From assembly GCA_964410965.1 (NCBI GenBank), contig CAYPIY010000014.1, positions 10,942 to 74,941 on the forward strand: a stretch of 64,000 nucleotides of DNA, written 5' to 3'. Shown piece by piece: positions 10,401-20,742 of the stretch. The notes beneath the pieces are model-generated. The model saw only the letters and a program-made list of their open reading frames with translations, did no database searches and was not told where the DNA came from. Position 1 is the stretch's first letter. Each line of letters opens with the position of its first letter. Position numbers and translations under genes: made by a program. Source of the DNA: an uncultured Bacteroidota bacterium. Its GTDB lineage: Bacteria; CLD3; SB21; JBBIRG01.

Positions 10401-12371
10401 ATGTTGAAAAAAGCCGTTTGTTCCGCTTATTTTCTGATCCTGTTTTCTTTAACGCTGACGGGCCAGGACAAGATCGTAACCCTTACCACTTCGGAAACGG
10501 GAGTCCGGGATCAGCAGTTTACTTTGAACGTACAGGCCGTGATCGACGGCCAGTTCCACATATACGGCCTGCATGAACCGGAAGGACCGATCGCTACGTC
10601 GATTACTTTCAAACTGCCGAAGGGACTGAGAACCAGCGGAACTCTGACCGCGCCGGCCGGAAAAAAACATTTTGACGAAGGATTCGGCGTGGAAGTGACC
10701 TGGCATTCGGGAACGGTCGTTTTCAGTCAGCCGCTCAAGATCATCGGTTCGGTCAGCCCCGGAGATGTCATTGATATTGAATTTTTGTACCAGGCATGCA
10801 CGGAAACGTATTGCCTTCCTCCCAAAACCATTACGTTGGCGCACTCACTGGAAGATCAGGTCATAAAAGCATCGCAGTCGCTCGGTAACGTTCAGAAAAA
10901 AAATAATTCTTCGGATGAGACAGTCGCCGATACCGTGTCCGCGGGCGGGACTGAAAAAAAAAAACCGATTGAAGATACTGTTGTAAAGACCGGAATCTCG
11001 GCCGGCGGAACGTCGATTAATGAGCGCACACGTTCATACGACGCACTGAGGAATGAGTCGTTCTGGTCTTTTATCGGCCTTGCTTTTCTGACGGGATTCC
11101 TCGCGCTGCTCACGCCCTGCGTATTCCCGATGATTCCGATTACGGTTTCCTTTTTCACGAAACATTCCGCATCGGGACGCAAACAGGCGGTCAAAAAATC
11201 GGTTGTGTACGCATTTGGCATTATCTTCTCTTTTACGCTGTTCGGCTGGCTGATGTCGCTGGTCCTGGGCGCGACGGGCGCTCAGAATTTCGCCGCGAAT
11301 ATCTGGGTCAACCTGTTTATCGGAATCTTATTCATTGTATTCGCAATGAGCCTGTTCGGGATGTTCGAGATCCGCTTGCCGGCGTTTCTTGTGAATTTGT
11401 CTCAGAAACAGTCAGGTTCGCAGGGATATGCGGGTACGCTGTTTGCCGGTGTGACGTTTACGCTGGTCTCTTTTACCTGTACCGTGCAGTTCCTCGGAAT
11501 CCTGATGGTCGCGTCCGCTCAGGGCGAATGGTTTCTCCCGGTGATCGGCATGCTGTGCTTCGCGACAGCATTCGCGGCTCCGTTCTTCCTGCTGTCGCTG
11601 TTTCCTCAGTACGTGGCGAACCTTCCGAAAAGCGGCGGATGGCTGCACGCGACCAAGATCGTCATGGCGCTGATTGAGATCGCAGCGGCGTTCAAATTCT
11701 TCAGCAACGTGGATCTCGTTCTGGACCTCGAATTCCTGACCCGTCCGGCCCTGCTTGCGATCTGGATCGTGCTGTTCGGCCTGACCGGCTGGTACCTGCT
11801 CGGTAAACTGCGTTTTTCCGAGGAAGACGATACTCCGAAAATCGGTTTCGCACGGATGTCGCTGGGCGTGTTTTTCCTGAGCCTGACCATGTATTTGTTT
11901 TACGGTCTGTTTGACAATCCCCTGCAGTCCGATATCGACGCGTATCTTCCGCCGCGCGAATACGGCAACTTTGCGTATACGCAGAAAAACACCGCGGAGC
12001 ATGAAGAATACTGGATCGAAAATTACGAACAGGCTCTGGCGAAAGCCCGCGAAACGGGCCGGCCCATGTTCATCGATTTCACAGGCAAAACCTGCACCAA
12101 CTGCCGCCTGATGGAAAAGACCATGTTTGAGCGCCCGGACGTGAAATCAATCTTCAATGAAATGATCCTGGTCCGCTTGTGGACCGACTTCGGCGAGACT
12201 AAGGAATATAATCAGGAACTCCAGCAGCGGCTGGTTGGCAGTGTTGCTCTTCCGTTTTACGCGGTAATAGACGCCGAAGAAAATGTGCAAGCGGCATTCG
12301 GCGGACTGGAACGCGATCCCGAGGTGTTCAAGCAGTTTTTGAGAGAAGGCCTGAAAAACGGGTTAAAATAG
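10401..12371 (+). CDS. dsbD: protein-disulfide reductase DsbD family (N-terminal domain + CcdA-like membrane core + C-terminal thioredoxin)
   Basis: It has a signal peptide, the membrane core LTPCVFPMIPIT and FTCT, and a C-terminal thioredoxin fold FIDFTGKTCTNCRLME. Confidence 0.85.
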   Translation: MLKKAVCSAYFLILFSLTLTGQDKIVTLTTSETGVRDQQFTLNVQAVIDGQFHIYGLHEPEGPIATSITFKLPKGLRTSGTLTAPAGKKHFDEGFGVEVTWHSGTVVFSQPLKIIGSVSPGDVIDIEFLYQACTETYCLPPKTITLAHSLEDQVIKASQSLGNVQKKNNSSDETVADTVSAGGTEKKKPIEDTVVKTGISAGGTSINERTRSYDALRNESFWSFIGLAFLTGFLALLTPCVFPMIPITVSFFTKHSASGRKQAVKKSVVYAFGIIFSFTLFGWLMSLVLGATGAQNFAANIWVNLFIGILFIVFAMSLFGMFEIRLPAFLVNLSQKQSGSQGYAGTLFAGVTFTLVSFTCTVQFLGILMVASAQGEWFLPVIGMLCFATAFAAPFFLLSLFPQYVANLPKSGGWLHATKIVMALIEIAAAFKFFSNVDLVLDLEFLTRPALLAIWIVLFGLTGWYLLGKLRFSEEDDTPKIGFARMSLGVFFLSLTMYLFYGLFDNPLQSDIDAYLPPREYGNFAYTQKNTAEHEEYWIENYEQALAKARETGRPMFIDFTGKTCTNCRLMEKTMFERPDVKSIFNEMILVRLWTDFGETKEYNQELQQRLVGSVALPFYAVIDAEENVQAAFGGLERDPEVFKQFLREGLKNGLK

Positions 12372-12410
12372 CCTTTCTGATGCCTGACCGGATATATCGG
12401 AGATAACCGA

Positions 12411-12731
12411 ATGAATAAATATCTTACCGGCTTGTTGGCGGGAACGATCGCAGGAATCATCGACGTCATCCCTATGATCATTCAGGGTCTGACGTGGGAT
12501 GCCAATCTGTCCGCGTTCTCGCTATGGGTGATTTGCGGATTTCTGATCTCATCAAGCGAACTGAAACTGAAGGGATGGATAAAAGGTCTATTCATTTCAT
12601 TCCTGGTCATCATTCCCTGCGCGATATTGATCGGGTGGAAAGAGCCCTTGACGCTGATTCCGATTTCGCTGATGACTTTTTTACTGGGTTCGGCTTCGGG
12701 TTGGGTCATTGAGAAAGTCAGTGCACGATGA
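12411..12731 (+). CDS. small hydrophobic membrane protein, hypothetical
   Basis: The 106 aa ORF has 3-4 predicted TM helices. No motif was found. Confidence 0.45.
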   Translation: MNKYLTGLLAGTIAGIIDVIPMIIQGLTWDANLSAFSLWVICGFLISSSELKLKGWIKGLFISFLVIIPCAILIGWKEPLTLIPISLMTFLLGSASGWVIEKVSAR

Positions 12732-12838
12732 ACGCGGTGTTGTTGGTAATCCATATTGCCTTTGTATCTTACTCAATTGGATTTTTGATTGATTGCATAA
12801 TATAGTTGCTGATTCGTATATGTTTTCTGAATATTAAT

Positions 12839-12866
12839 AAACACAGACACATTAATGCCTGTGTTT
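12839..12866. terminator. candidate bidirectional terminator between convergent genes
   Basis: The hairpin AAACACAG-12 nt-CTGTGTTT has A/T runs on both sides. It sits between 12411..12731 (+) and 12927..14213 (-). Confidence 0.45.
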
Positions 12867-12926
12867 CAGTTGTAACTAACAATTATTGATTACCGGAAAA
12901 CAAAAAAACCTCTTCCAATTAATCTT

Positions 12927-14213
12927 CTACTGACTGACTTCGATTCGTGGCCAGAAATAAGGCTCTCTTTTAATATAGACGCCATTACCATCATACTCAT
13001 TAAAAATTTCGATTTCAAAATCATATTGGGGGTAACGCATGGTAAGACTATGCAGATCCTTCTGGGAAGCGTTGAGCTGAAGCAGCTGGATTCGCTTCAG
13101 TGATTTGAAAACGCCTGAAGACAAAACGGCTTCTACGGATTCAACATCCCATGACCGATACCGGAATATCAGATTTTCTGTGTATTGGGAGCGAGGGGTC
13201 TGGGCAAACTGGTTCAGCATAGACATGGAATAAAATTCATAGTTATTGATTACGGATTTGATCGGTTTGCCCACCATCTTCTTGAATTGATTATAGGCAA
13301 CGCTCCTTTTTTTCCTTTCCGAAATATCTTCATTGTCATAATTGAAAAGCAATAAATATTTAAATGATCGGAATCCTAAAAAATGCTTGAGATTGCAAAG
13401 TACAGTATCTTCATGCAACAAAGAAGGATCATCTTCTTCATCGGCTTCAGCATCGATTTCAAGTCGTTCCAGATTCCTGAAGTAAGGCGATGACCAATTA
13501 ATTGCCGGCAATGTTTTTCCTATTATATAGGACAAAGCCGGAAAATCGGCAGAATATTTTTTATTTTCAGAAATGGTAAATCCGCATTCATTCATTTTTA
13601 ATATTTTAATCATTCCGGGATCATCAGATGGAAACAGGGTTAGCAGTCGGTTTCCTTCTGAACTCCCGCTAAGATCGAGGTATTCAACATTTCTGAAACC
13701 CGGCCAGTTTTTTAGGAATTGGAATGTTTTTTCATCAAGATTTGTATTTGACAGGTCCAAAATTTTCATCCGTTCATTACCAGTCGTGAAAAACTTCATA
13801 AAAACCGAAGAATTTAATCGGCAGCCTGTGATCCGTAACTCTTCCAGTTTGTCCCCAAAATTCTCATTAATGTTGAATTCATAGGGCTGGCTGATTTCTG
13901 AAATATGAAGCCTTTTAATGGCCGAAGATGTGAAAAATGAGAATAATTTTTCCAGATTAGTCCTAGATGCCTGTTTTAAATTAAACAGGTTCAGGCCTTC
14001 AACCCGATCCAATTTATCACATTCGGATATTTGCTTCAGATTATCGCTGCTCAAATTCAAGTGATCTAAAGTCAGTTCAACCGGTAACGCAGATATGCTT
14101 TTCAGTTTATTCAGGTCATCCGTTTTTGAAATCACAATATTCTGAATATCCTGACTGAAAGCATGAGAAGTCAGAAAAACAAGAATCATTATTTGACACA
14201 AAATCGTTTTCAT
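12927..14213 (-). CDS. secreted protein with irregular leucine-rich-repeat-like segments, function unknown
   Basis: It has a signal peptide (MKTILCQIMILVFLTSHAFSQ) and LRR-like stretches (LDHLNLSSDNLKQIS, MKILDLSNTNLDEKTFQFLKNWPGFRNVEYLDLSGS). The coding sequence is markedly AT-rich. Confidence 0.6.
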   Translation of the reverse strand: MKTILCQIMILVFLTSHAFSQDIQNIVISKTDDLNKLKSISALPVELTLDHLNLSSDNLKQISECDKLDRVEGLNLFNLKQASRTNLEKLFSFFTSSAIKRLHISEISQPYEFNINENFGDKLEELRITGCRLNSSVFMKFFTTGNERMKILDLSNTNLDEKTFQFLKNWPGFRNVEYLDLSGSSEGNRLLTLFPSDDPGMIKILKMNECGFTISENKKYSADFPALSYIIGKTLPAINWSSPYFRNLERLEIDAEADEEDDPSLLHEDTVLCNLKHFLGFRSFKYLLLFNYDNEDISERKKRSVAYNQFKKMVGKPIKSVINNYEFYSMSMLNQFAQTPRSQYTENLIFRYRSWDVESVEAVLSSGVFKSLKRIQLLQLNASQKDLHSLTMRYPQYDFEIEIFNEYDGNGVYIKREPYFWPRIEVSQ

Positions 14214-14225
14214 GGGTATAAATCC

Positions 14226-15662
14226 TTATCTGAGTCCTTTTGGAATATTCTTTAATGCGTCTTTCATCATTTGCTGATGAAATTGTTGATCGAAAAAAGT
14301 ATTGTTATTGAAACGATAAGAAATAATGGGCGCATTGGCAGAAGTATTGATAATATTGATTTGAGTTCCTTCAGCATCCGATAATTGCCTAATCGCATCA
14401 TAATCCGGATATGTAATCCGCGTATGTATAAGGCTGACTGTTTTACATACAGATTTATTCTTCAGGACACGCAACAAATGGATCAGATGATATTTATTGA
14501 TATCGGGCGAAAACAACACAAGATCGTTGTAACGGGATACCGGGTATTTATTTAAAAAAATATCGATATCCTCCTGTGACGCAAGCACCAGTTTTAAGCC
14601 CATCGAGTCCAATCGGCTGTCCGGACCGTTTTCCGTGGGTCTCTGGAAGGAACCTGAAAATTTGAGATTAGGAAACCATGTAAAAAACAAACCATCATCG
14701 CCAAGATTATTCATGGCTAAAGGCTTTCCGTAATCATAAATAAATGAACCGTCGGTGGTCATATGAATATCTTTGTAAGGCTTTTGATAAATATTCCGAC
14801 GTAAATTTATAACAACACTCTCAGCACTTTTAATCCAGCTGTTGTTATTTGAGAAAAGTATGTTGAAGTTTTTTAAATAAGATCGTTCTTTATATATTGT
14901 TACGGTCTTTAAAGATGCAAATACTTTATCTGATGTTATCATACTTTTTTCATTAAAATCCACGTCATTCAGATTTAAGAAGCGAAGAGAGGGGAAATTT
15001 TCCGCATGAGAAACCAGTGAATCCAGCAAATTATATTTGAGAGCTGTTTCAGCCAATTCAAGTGTTTGCAGAGAATCAAAAGATATTCTGTGAATGAAAA
15101 AAGCCTTTTCCCTGATTTTTGTTTTATTGAAGGAAAGGGTTTTCAGTTTGTTCCAGAACGAAGGGATTTTGCTCAGGTGATCTGCCAAAGCCGGGTCATC
15201 AATGGCATCCTGATTTTCCCATTTAAATTCGATAACCGAGAAATCCCTGATTCCGTCGATCAGGGGCATGAGAAATTCCTGCGGCATGGATTTTCCATCA
15301 TGTCTTTTAAAATACAGATTCTGTAATGATGCTCCCTGCGTTTTGATAAAATCCAGCAGTTTATCAAAATAATTTTTCGATGCAAAATCCCGGATGATCA
15401 GAGTTTTCAGTTTAAAACGGGAAATTGAATTCTGATAATTGTCCAGAAAATATTCGGTTTCTTTTGTTCCGCATAATTCCAGGAAAACAACGTCACCGTT
15501 ATTATCCTGCAGGAGGTTATTGTGGCTGATTCCGTCTTTCGCAAGAATCCGGCTTGTTTGTTTCTTATCTCTGATCACGGAAAAAAATTCCTGATCGTCC
15601 TGAGCGTACAGGGAGCTACAGAACCATCCTCCGAAAAAAAACAGGATAAAAATCCGCTTCAT
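14226..15662 (-). CDS. secreted protein with irregular leucine-rich-repeat-like segments, function unknown
   Basis: It has a signal peptide (MKRIFILFFFGGWFCSSLYAQ) and LRR-like stretches (LKTLSFNKTKIREKAF, LQTLELAETALKYNLLDSL, LRFLNLNDVDFNEKSM). It is AT-rich like its neighbour. Confidence 0.6.
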   Translation of the reverse strand: MKRIFILFFFGGWFCSSLYAQDDQEFFSVIRDKKQTSRILAKDGISHNNLLQDNNGDVVFLELCGTKETEYFLDNYQNSISRFKLKTLIIRDFASKNYFDKLLDFIKTQGASLQNLYFKRHDGKSMPQEFLMPLIDGIRDFSVIEFKWENQDAIDDPALADHLSKIPSFWNKLKTLSFNKTKIREKAFFIHRISFDSLQTLELAETALKYNLLDSLVSHAENFPSLRFLNLNDVDFNEKSMITSDKVFASLKTVTIYKERSYLKNFNILFSNNNSWIKSAESVVINLRRNIYQKPYKDIHMTTDGSFIYDYGKPLAMNNLGDDGLFFTWFPNLKFSGSFQRPTENGPDSRLDSMGLKLVLASQEDIDIFLNKYPVSRYNDLVLFSPDINKYHLIHLLRVLKNKSVCKTVSLIHTRITYPDYDAIRQLSDAEGTQINIINTSANAPIISYRFNNNTFFDQQFHQQMMKDALKNIPKGLR

Positions 15663-15734
15663 ACTTATGACTCTTTCTGAAATGGTGGTGAGATATGGTT
15701 ATCCATACAATTGGAAAAAAATGTGTTTCCTTTG

Positions 15735-17306
15735 TTACTTCGCCATATCGATCGCCCGGTATTCGCGGATCACGGTGATCTTGATCTGACCGGCGTAGGT
15801 CATATCGGTCTCGATTCGGTGAGCGAGATCATCGGCGAGAAGGACCGCTTTCGCGTCATCGATCATCGCGCAGTCCACCATGATGCGGATCTCGCGGCCG
15901 GACTGAACGGCGAACGCATGGGTCACGCCCGGAACGGAGCGCGCGAGTTCCTCCAGGGCGTTCACCCGGGTCAGGTACAGGCTCAATGCCTGCCTTGACG
16001 CGCCGGGCCGTTCCTTGCTGATGACGTTCGCGATGTACACAAGCACGTTCACGGGATGGGTCACCGAGGGGTCTTCATGGTGCGCCAGTATGGCGTTCTG
16101 CACGACCTGGTTTTCGCCGTATTTTCTCGCGAGTTCCGCGCCGACGGCCGCATGATGCTGGTCGGTGCGTTCCGCGGCGAACCCGATGTCATGCAGGATG
16201 CCGGCGCGCTTGGCCAGCTGGACGTCCAGCCCGAGTTCGGCGGCCATGCTTCCGGCGAGCAGGGCGGTCTCGATGCTGTGCTGGAGCAGGTTCTGTCCGC
16301 TCATGTTGATGTATTTCAGCCTGCCGATCAGCTTGATAATTTCGATATGGGTTCCGTGTACGGAGGTTTCAAACAGCGCCCGCTCGCCTTCGGCGATCAC
16401 GTTTTCGTCAAACTCGCGCTTCGCTTTCTCCACCACGTCCTCGATGCGGCCGGGATGGATGCGCCCGTCCACGACGAGCATTTCCAGCGCGAGCCGGGCG
16501 ATCTCGCGGCGGATGGGATCGAAACCGGAAATCACGATCTTGTTGGGCGTATCGTCGATCAAAACTTCGCATCCCGTGATGGTCTCGAACGCGCGGATAT
16601 TACGTCCCTCGCGCCCGATGATGCGGCCTTTCATCTCGTTGTTCGGAAGGTTCACCACGGTGACGGTGCTTTCGACTGTCTCGTCGATCGCGCTGCGGTC
16701 AATGGCCTGAAGCAGGATGTTTCTCGCGTCCTCCCGCGCGGTGGCCTGGGCCTGGTCGCGGATCTGCCGGACGGCACGCGCCGCGTCGTTCCGGGCGCGC
16801 TCGTACATATGATCCATCAGCGCCTGCTTGGCCTCCTCGGCCGTCATGCGCGCGATCTGCTCAAGTTTCTGGTTCTGGACCTGGAGAAATTTGTCCACCT
16901 CGTTTTCTTTCCGGGAAAGGTCTTCGCTCCGTGTTTTCAGCTGGAGCTCTTTCTGGGCGATCTCTTTTTCCTTGCGGTTGATCCAGTCGCCCTTCTGTTC
17001 GATGCTCCGCTCACGGCGCAGGAATTCGTCCTGCTGGTTTTTCATCTGGGCTTTGATGTTTTTCGTCTGCTCGTCAAACTCCTGTTTCTTGCGGTACCAT
17101 TCCTCCTTGACTTCGAGCATTTTTTCCTTGACCAGGTTTTCGGATTCTTTTTTCGCGTCCTCCCGGATCTTCCCGGCTTCACGCTCCGCGTCGCGGATCC
17201 TTTTGGCCACATGGATACGGACCGCCCAGACCTGACCGAAAATAAACGCCGTGACAATCAGCACAAGCGCGGACAAAATGATGATGATGAGCAAAATATC
17301 GTTCAT
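15735..17306 (-). CDS. rny: ribonuclease Y
   Basis: It has an N-terminal TM helix, a long coiled coil, a KH domain (GRIIGREGRNIRAFETITG) and an HD domain (HSIETALLAGSMAAELG...AGILHDIG). Confidence 0.95.
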   Translation of the reverse strand: MNDILLIIIILSALVLIVTAFIFGQVWAVRIHVAKRIRDAEREAGKIREDAKKESENLVKEKMLEVKEEWYRKKQEFDEQTKNIKAQMKNQQDEFLRRERSIEQKGDWINRKEKEIAQKELQLKTRSEDLSRKENEVDKFLQVQNQKLEQIARMTAEEAKQALMDHMYERARNDAARAVRQIRDQAQATAREDARNILLQAIDRSAIDETVESTVTVVNLPNNEMKGRIIGREGRNIRAFETITGCEVLIDDTPNKIVISGFDPIRREIARLALEMLVVDGRIHPGRIEDVVEKAKREFDENVIAEGERALFETSVHGTHIEIIKLIGRLKYINMSGQNLLQHSIETALLAGSMAAELGLDVQLAKRAGILHDIGFAAERTDQHHAAVGAELARKYGENQVVQNAILAHHEDPSVTHPVNVLVYIANVISKERPGASRQALSLYLTRVNALEELARSVPGVTHAFAVQSGREIRIMVDCAMIDDAKAVLLADDLAHRIETDMTYAGQIKITVIREYRAIDMAK

Positions 17307-17422
17307 GGGAATGTTCTCTTGGTTATGGATTCATGTATTTAAAATATAGTAACATACCTGTTTCGCCGTACCGGAACGGTGATCATGAATTCAGTGCAGC
17401 AAACCCGGATCGGAGCCGGATC

Positions 17423-17785
17423 CTACTCTTCGGAAAATAACGAGATTGTCTGGACTTCTTTCGCCCCGGCGATCGGGGGCTCGGAGTCGGCAGGCTCGTT
17501 GAGAGCTGAATCCATTAAATCGATGTAGGATTGGATGCGTTGTTCGACCGACTCCATCTGCTGCAGGGCCTGATCGCGGTACCTGTAATACTCGTCGGCG
17601 ATATTCAGCGCCGTAAGAATCGCGAGTTTCAGGTTTGACTTGACTGCGCCGGATTTATTGATCTCCTGCATTTTCTGGTCCACCAGCGACGCGACTCGCT
17701 GCATGTGCTCCGGCGGAGAATCGCCCCTGAGTACATACTCGGAACCGAAGATCGTGACCCTGACAGTTTGTTTCTCGGCGGTCAT
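17423..17785 (-). CDS. zapA: cell division protein ZapA
   Basis: VRVTIFGSEYVLRGDSPPEHMQRVASLVDQKMQEI...LAILTALNIADEY matches ZapA. The length is 120 aa and it lies between pheT and rny. Confidence 0.85.
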   Translation of the reverse strand: MTAEKQTVRVTIFGSEYVLRGDSPPEHMQRVASLVDQKMQEINKSGAVKSNLKLAILTALNIADEYYRYRDQALQQMESVEQRIQSYIDLMDSALNEPADSEPPIAGAKEVQTISLFSEE

Positions 17786-18309
17786 GCGTTCGGCTGGCTT
17801 AAGGTATCGGTTAAGGACGCAGGCTGCACCATGCGTTCCAGTTGATCCAATTTATTCAGTACGGCATGGATCCGTTCCCGGATCCGTTCTGTCATTTGGG
17901 AATTGACCGGAGCAATGACCGGTTCTTGCAGGTCCAGCCGGACCTCGTTCAGCTCCTGTTTTAGTTGCAGGGTTTCATGGGTTAAGGCAGCCACCGTCTT
18001 TTCCTGCCGGGTAACCGTTTCCTGCAGGTCCTTGATCTGCGCGTCTTTACTCTGGAGCGCCGCCTGCAGGCGGATCATCATCTGGTCTTTCTGGACCAGT
18101 TCCTTCGACAGATGATGTTTCGTCTGGTCGACGCCGTGCTTGTGCTTCTGGTAAAACAGCTGATATTCGGTGTTCTGTTGTTCCAGCTCATGGATCCGTT
18201 CCACGCATTTGTAGATCCGCTGTTCCAGCTGATTGACCCCGTCGGCTATCGAAGGAACGGCGGAAAATTTAGGTTCCCTTGCCCGGTTTTTTCGTATCAC
18301 GGTTTTCAT
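17782..18309 (-). CDS. coiled-coil protein, hypothetical (ZapB-like position)
   Basis: The 175 aa ORF has heptad-rich, Q/E/L-rich sequence. Its stop overlaps the zapA start by 4 nt. Confidence 0.55.
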   Translation of the reverse strand: MKTVIRKNRAREPKFSAVPSIADGVNQLEQRIYKCVERIHELEQQNTEYQLFYQKHKHGVDQTKHHLSKELVQKDQMMIRLQAALQSKDAQIKDLQETVTRQEKTVAALTHETLQLKQELNEVRLDLQEPVIAPVNSQMTERIRERIHAVLNKLDQLERMVQPASLTDTLSQPNA

Positions 18310-18315
18310 GTGAGC

Positions 18316-20742
18316 TCAGCGGATCTGCGCCGCATATTGTTTCTCCAGCTGTTGCAGGATCGATTTCATCAGGCGGTCCACGTCATCCTCGACCAGCGTC
18401 CGTTCCGGCGACTGGAATTTCAGCGAAAACGCGAGGCTCTTTTTGTCTTTCGCGACCTGGTCGCCGGTATATACGTCAAATACCTCAGTATCGCACAACA
18501 GGGAACCGCCGGCTTTCCGGATAGTCTCTGCCAGCTGACCGGCCGGAATCACTCGGTCCACTGTAACGGCCAAATCCCGCCGGATGAAAGGAAATCTGGG
18601 AATGGCCCGGTACACGGAACGCGAAACGGCCTGCCGGAATAAGGGCTGTAAACTGATTTCAAAAGCCCAAACCTCAGCGTCTATATCAAAATGTTTCAGG
18701 ACGTTCCGTTTAATTTTACCGAACTGACCGATCCGGCGATTCCCCGACTCGCCGGCATGAACCACTTCCAAAGCCAGTTCAGTATAGACCGTACCCTCAT
18801 TATATGAATTAAAATTCAGCTTATCAAGCATAAACTGAGCGATGACGTTTTGCACAGCGTTCTTCAGATCATAAAAATCGAAAGGGACGGGCCTGGAATC
18901 CCAGCGGACCGGATCACGGTTCCCGCATGCGCATCCCGCAAGAACCCATTCCTCCCGGGGTAATTCACCGCCGGTTGGAATGGTTCCGGCTGACTTCAGG
19001 AATGTTTTTCCGATTTCATAAATACGTACGTCCTGGTTTTTCTGGAACAGATTGTGCCGTACAATATCCAGAAGGCCCGGCAGCATTGTCCACCGCATCA
19101 CGGAAAGATCTTCGTTGATCGGATTGAGAAGTTTCACGATACGGTCTTCTTCCACGGGAACGATCAGCTGCTGGCCTTTCGGACTGACCATGGAATACGT
19201 TATGGTTTCGTTAAAACCGCATGATTGCAGGGCTTTATGAACCCTGGTACGGGCCTCATCGTCTTTCGAGGCGGAAGGAACGTAATAGACCGGCGCCTGT
19301 TTCGAGGAGGGCAGGTTATCGTATCCGTATACGCGGGCGATTTCCTCGATCAGGTCATGTTCGGCATTCAGGTCTGTCCGGTAGGAAGGAGGAACCACGT
19401 CAAAGGTCAGATCATCAGCAATCAGCACGCCGCATTCCAGTTTTTTCAGTATACAGCTGATGATTTCGGTGGAAATGGGCTGTCCCAGCAGCCGGCTGAC
19501 GGCTGAATGGCGGAGCCGTATCTTACGCGGGGCCCCGGTCCTTGCGCGGATGTCAATCACGCCTTTTGCGACCGTTCCGCCGGTGAGTCCGGCGATCAGC
19601 TGTGCGGCCCGGTCAATGGCGTAAATCACGCCGTCGGGATCGACCCCGCGGCTGAACCGCAGGGACGCGTCGGACATGATGTCCAGTTTCTTCATCGTGC
19701 GGCGGATACGCCCGGGGTCAAAATACGCGGATTCCAGTAGAACATTCACTGTCGTGTCGGATATTTCCGAATTCAGCCCGCCCATGACGCCCCCGAGCGC
19801 GACCGGCTTTTCCCCGTCGCAGATCATCACCGCGGGTTCATCCAGCCTGTGGATCTTCCGGTCCAGCGTCTGGAAAGTCTCTCCGGGACTGGAAGAACGG
19901 ACGATGATTGCATGTCCCGCGAGGGTATCGTAATCGAACGCGTGCAGTGGCTGGCCGCATTCAAGCATGACGTAATTCGTGATATCGACGATATTGCTGA
20001 CGGAACGCACCCCGACCGATTCAAGCCTTTTCACGAGCCATTCCGGCGACGGGCCGGTTTTTACGTTGCGGATCACGCGGGCCGCGTACCTGGCGCAGCC
20101 TTCAGGATCGACGATCTGAACGGAGGCTAATTGCCCGACAGGAACGTTTTCCTCGGGAACCTGCGGAACAGGAATCCTTACGGGGTTTTCCTGAATGACG
20201 GCTATTTCGCGGGCAATGCCGAGCAGGCTCAGCCCGTCAGGCCGGTTGGACGTCACATCCAGCGTAATCACGGTGTCCGATGAGCCAAGGTATTCCCCGA
20301 ACGGCAATCCGGTCATGGACGCAGCCCTATCATCCAGAGGCCAGATCCCTTCCGATGTGCCGGATTCAAAACCCAGTTCACTTCGGGAACAGATCATCCC
20401 GAACGAGGCTTCGCCTCGTATCTTCGCCTGTTTGATTTCCATTCCGCCGGGCAAACGGCAGCCAATTGTCGCCACGGGTACGTATTGGCCTGCCGCGACA
20501 TTCGGAGCGCCGCAAACGATGGATAAGATTTCCTTCCCTGTATCTACTTTCGTGACGGATAATTTATCCGCATTCGGGTGCCGCTGTACTTCTTTGACAT
20601 ATCCGATCATCACGCCGGGGAACGGATCCTGATTAACGATATCTTCGACTGGAAAACCAGCCATGCTGATTTTGTGCGATAAATCCTTTATTGACAGATG
20701 TATATCTACGTATTCTTTGATCCAATTCAGCGAAATCTTCAT
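18316..20742 (-). CDS. pheT: phenylalanine--tRNA ligase beta subunit
   Basis: It has the MKISLNWIKEYVDI N-terminus and the tRNA-binding, B3/4, B5 and FDX-ACB domain order. The length is 808 aa. Confidence 0.95.
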   Translation of the reverse strand: MKISLNWIKEYVDIHLSIKDLSHKISMAGFPVEDIVNQDPFPGVMIGYVKEVQRHPNADKLSVTKVDTGKEILSIVCGAPNVAAGQYVPVATIGCRLPGGMEIKQAKIRGEASFGMICSRSELGFESGTSEGIWPLDDRAASMTGLPFGEYLGSSDTVITLDVTSNRPDGLSLLGIAREIAVIQENPVRIPVPQVPEENVPVGQLASVQIVDPEGCARYAARVIRNVKTGPSPEWLVKRLESVGVRSVSNIVDITNYVMLECGQPLHAFDYDTLAGHAIIVRSSSPGETFQTLDRKIHRLDEPAVMICDGEKPVALGGVMGGLNSEISDTTVNVLLESAYFDPGRIRRTMKKLDIMSDASLRFSRGVDPDGVIYAIDRAAQLIAGLTGGTVAKGVIDIRARTGAPRKIRLRHSAVSRLLGQPISTEIISCILKKLECGVLIADDLTFDVVPPSYRTDLNAEHDLIEEIARVYGYDNLPSSKQAPVYYVPSASKDDEARTRVHKALQSCGFNETITYSMVSPKGQQLIVPVEEDRIVKLLNPINEDLSVMRWTMLPGLLDIVRHNLFQKNQDVRIYEIGKTFLKSAGTIPTGGELPREEWVLAGCACGNRDPVRWDSRPVPFDFYDLKNAVQNVIAQFMLDKLNFNSYNEGTVYTELALEVVHAGESGNRRIGQFGKIKRNVLKHFDIDAEVWAFEISLQPLFRQAVSRSVYRAIPRFPFIRRDLAVTVDRVIPAGQLAETIRKAGGSLLCDTEVFDVYTGDQVAKDKKSLAFSLKFQSPERTLVEDDVDRLMKSILQQLEKQYAAQIR

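Noticed and set aside
12740-15700. The AT-rich island and the repeat-flanked 24571-29493 segment could be classical mobile elements or prophage fragments.
   Set aside because: No integrase, transposase, terminal inverted repeats typical of IS elements, tRNA attachment site or phage gene is visible. I report them only as compositional or structural anomalies.
16056-17342. 428 aa ORF on the plus strand, antisense to rny. Similar long antisense ORFs occur inside the catalase gene (30034..31443, 469 aa), the esterase gene (34159..34866), corA (42292..43059) and pheT.
   Set aside because: Each lies entirely within a gene that has unmistakable family motifs on the opposite strand. The translations are low-complexity and rich in R, G, V, D and H, with no recognisable motif. 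This is typical of shadow ORFs in GC-rich coding sequence.
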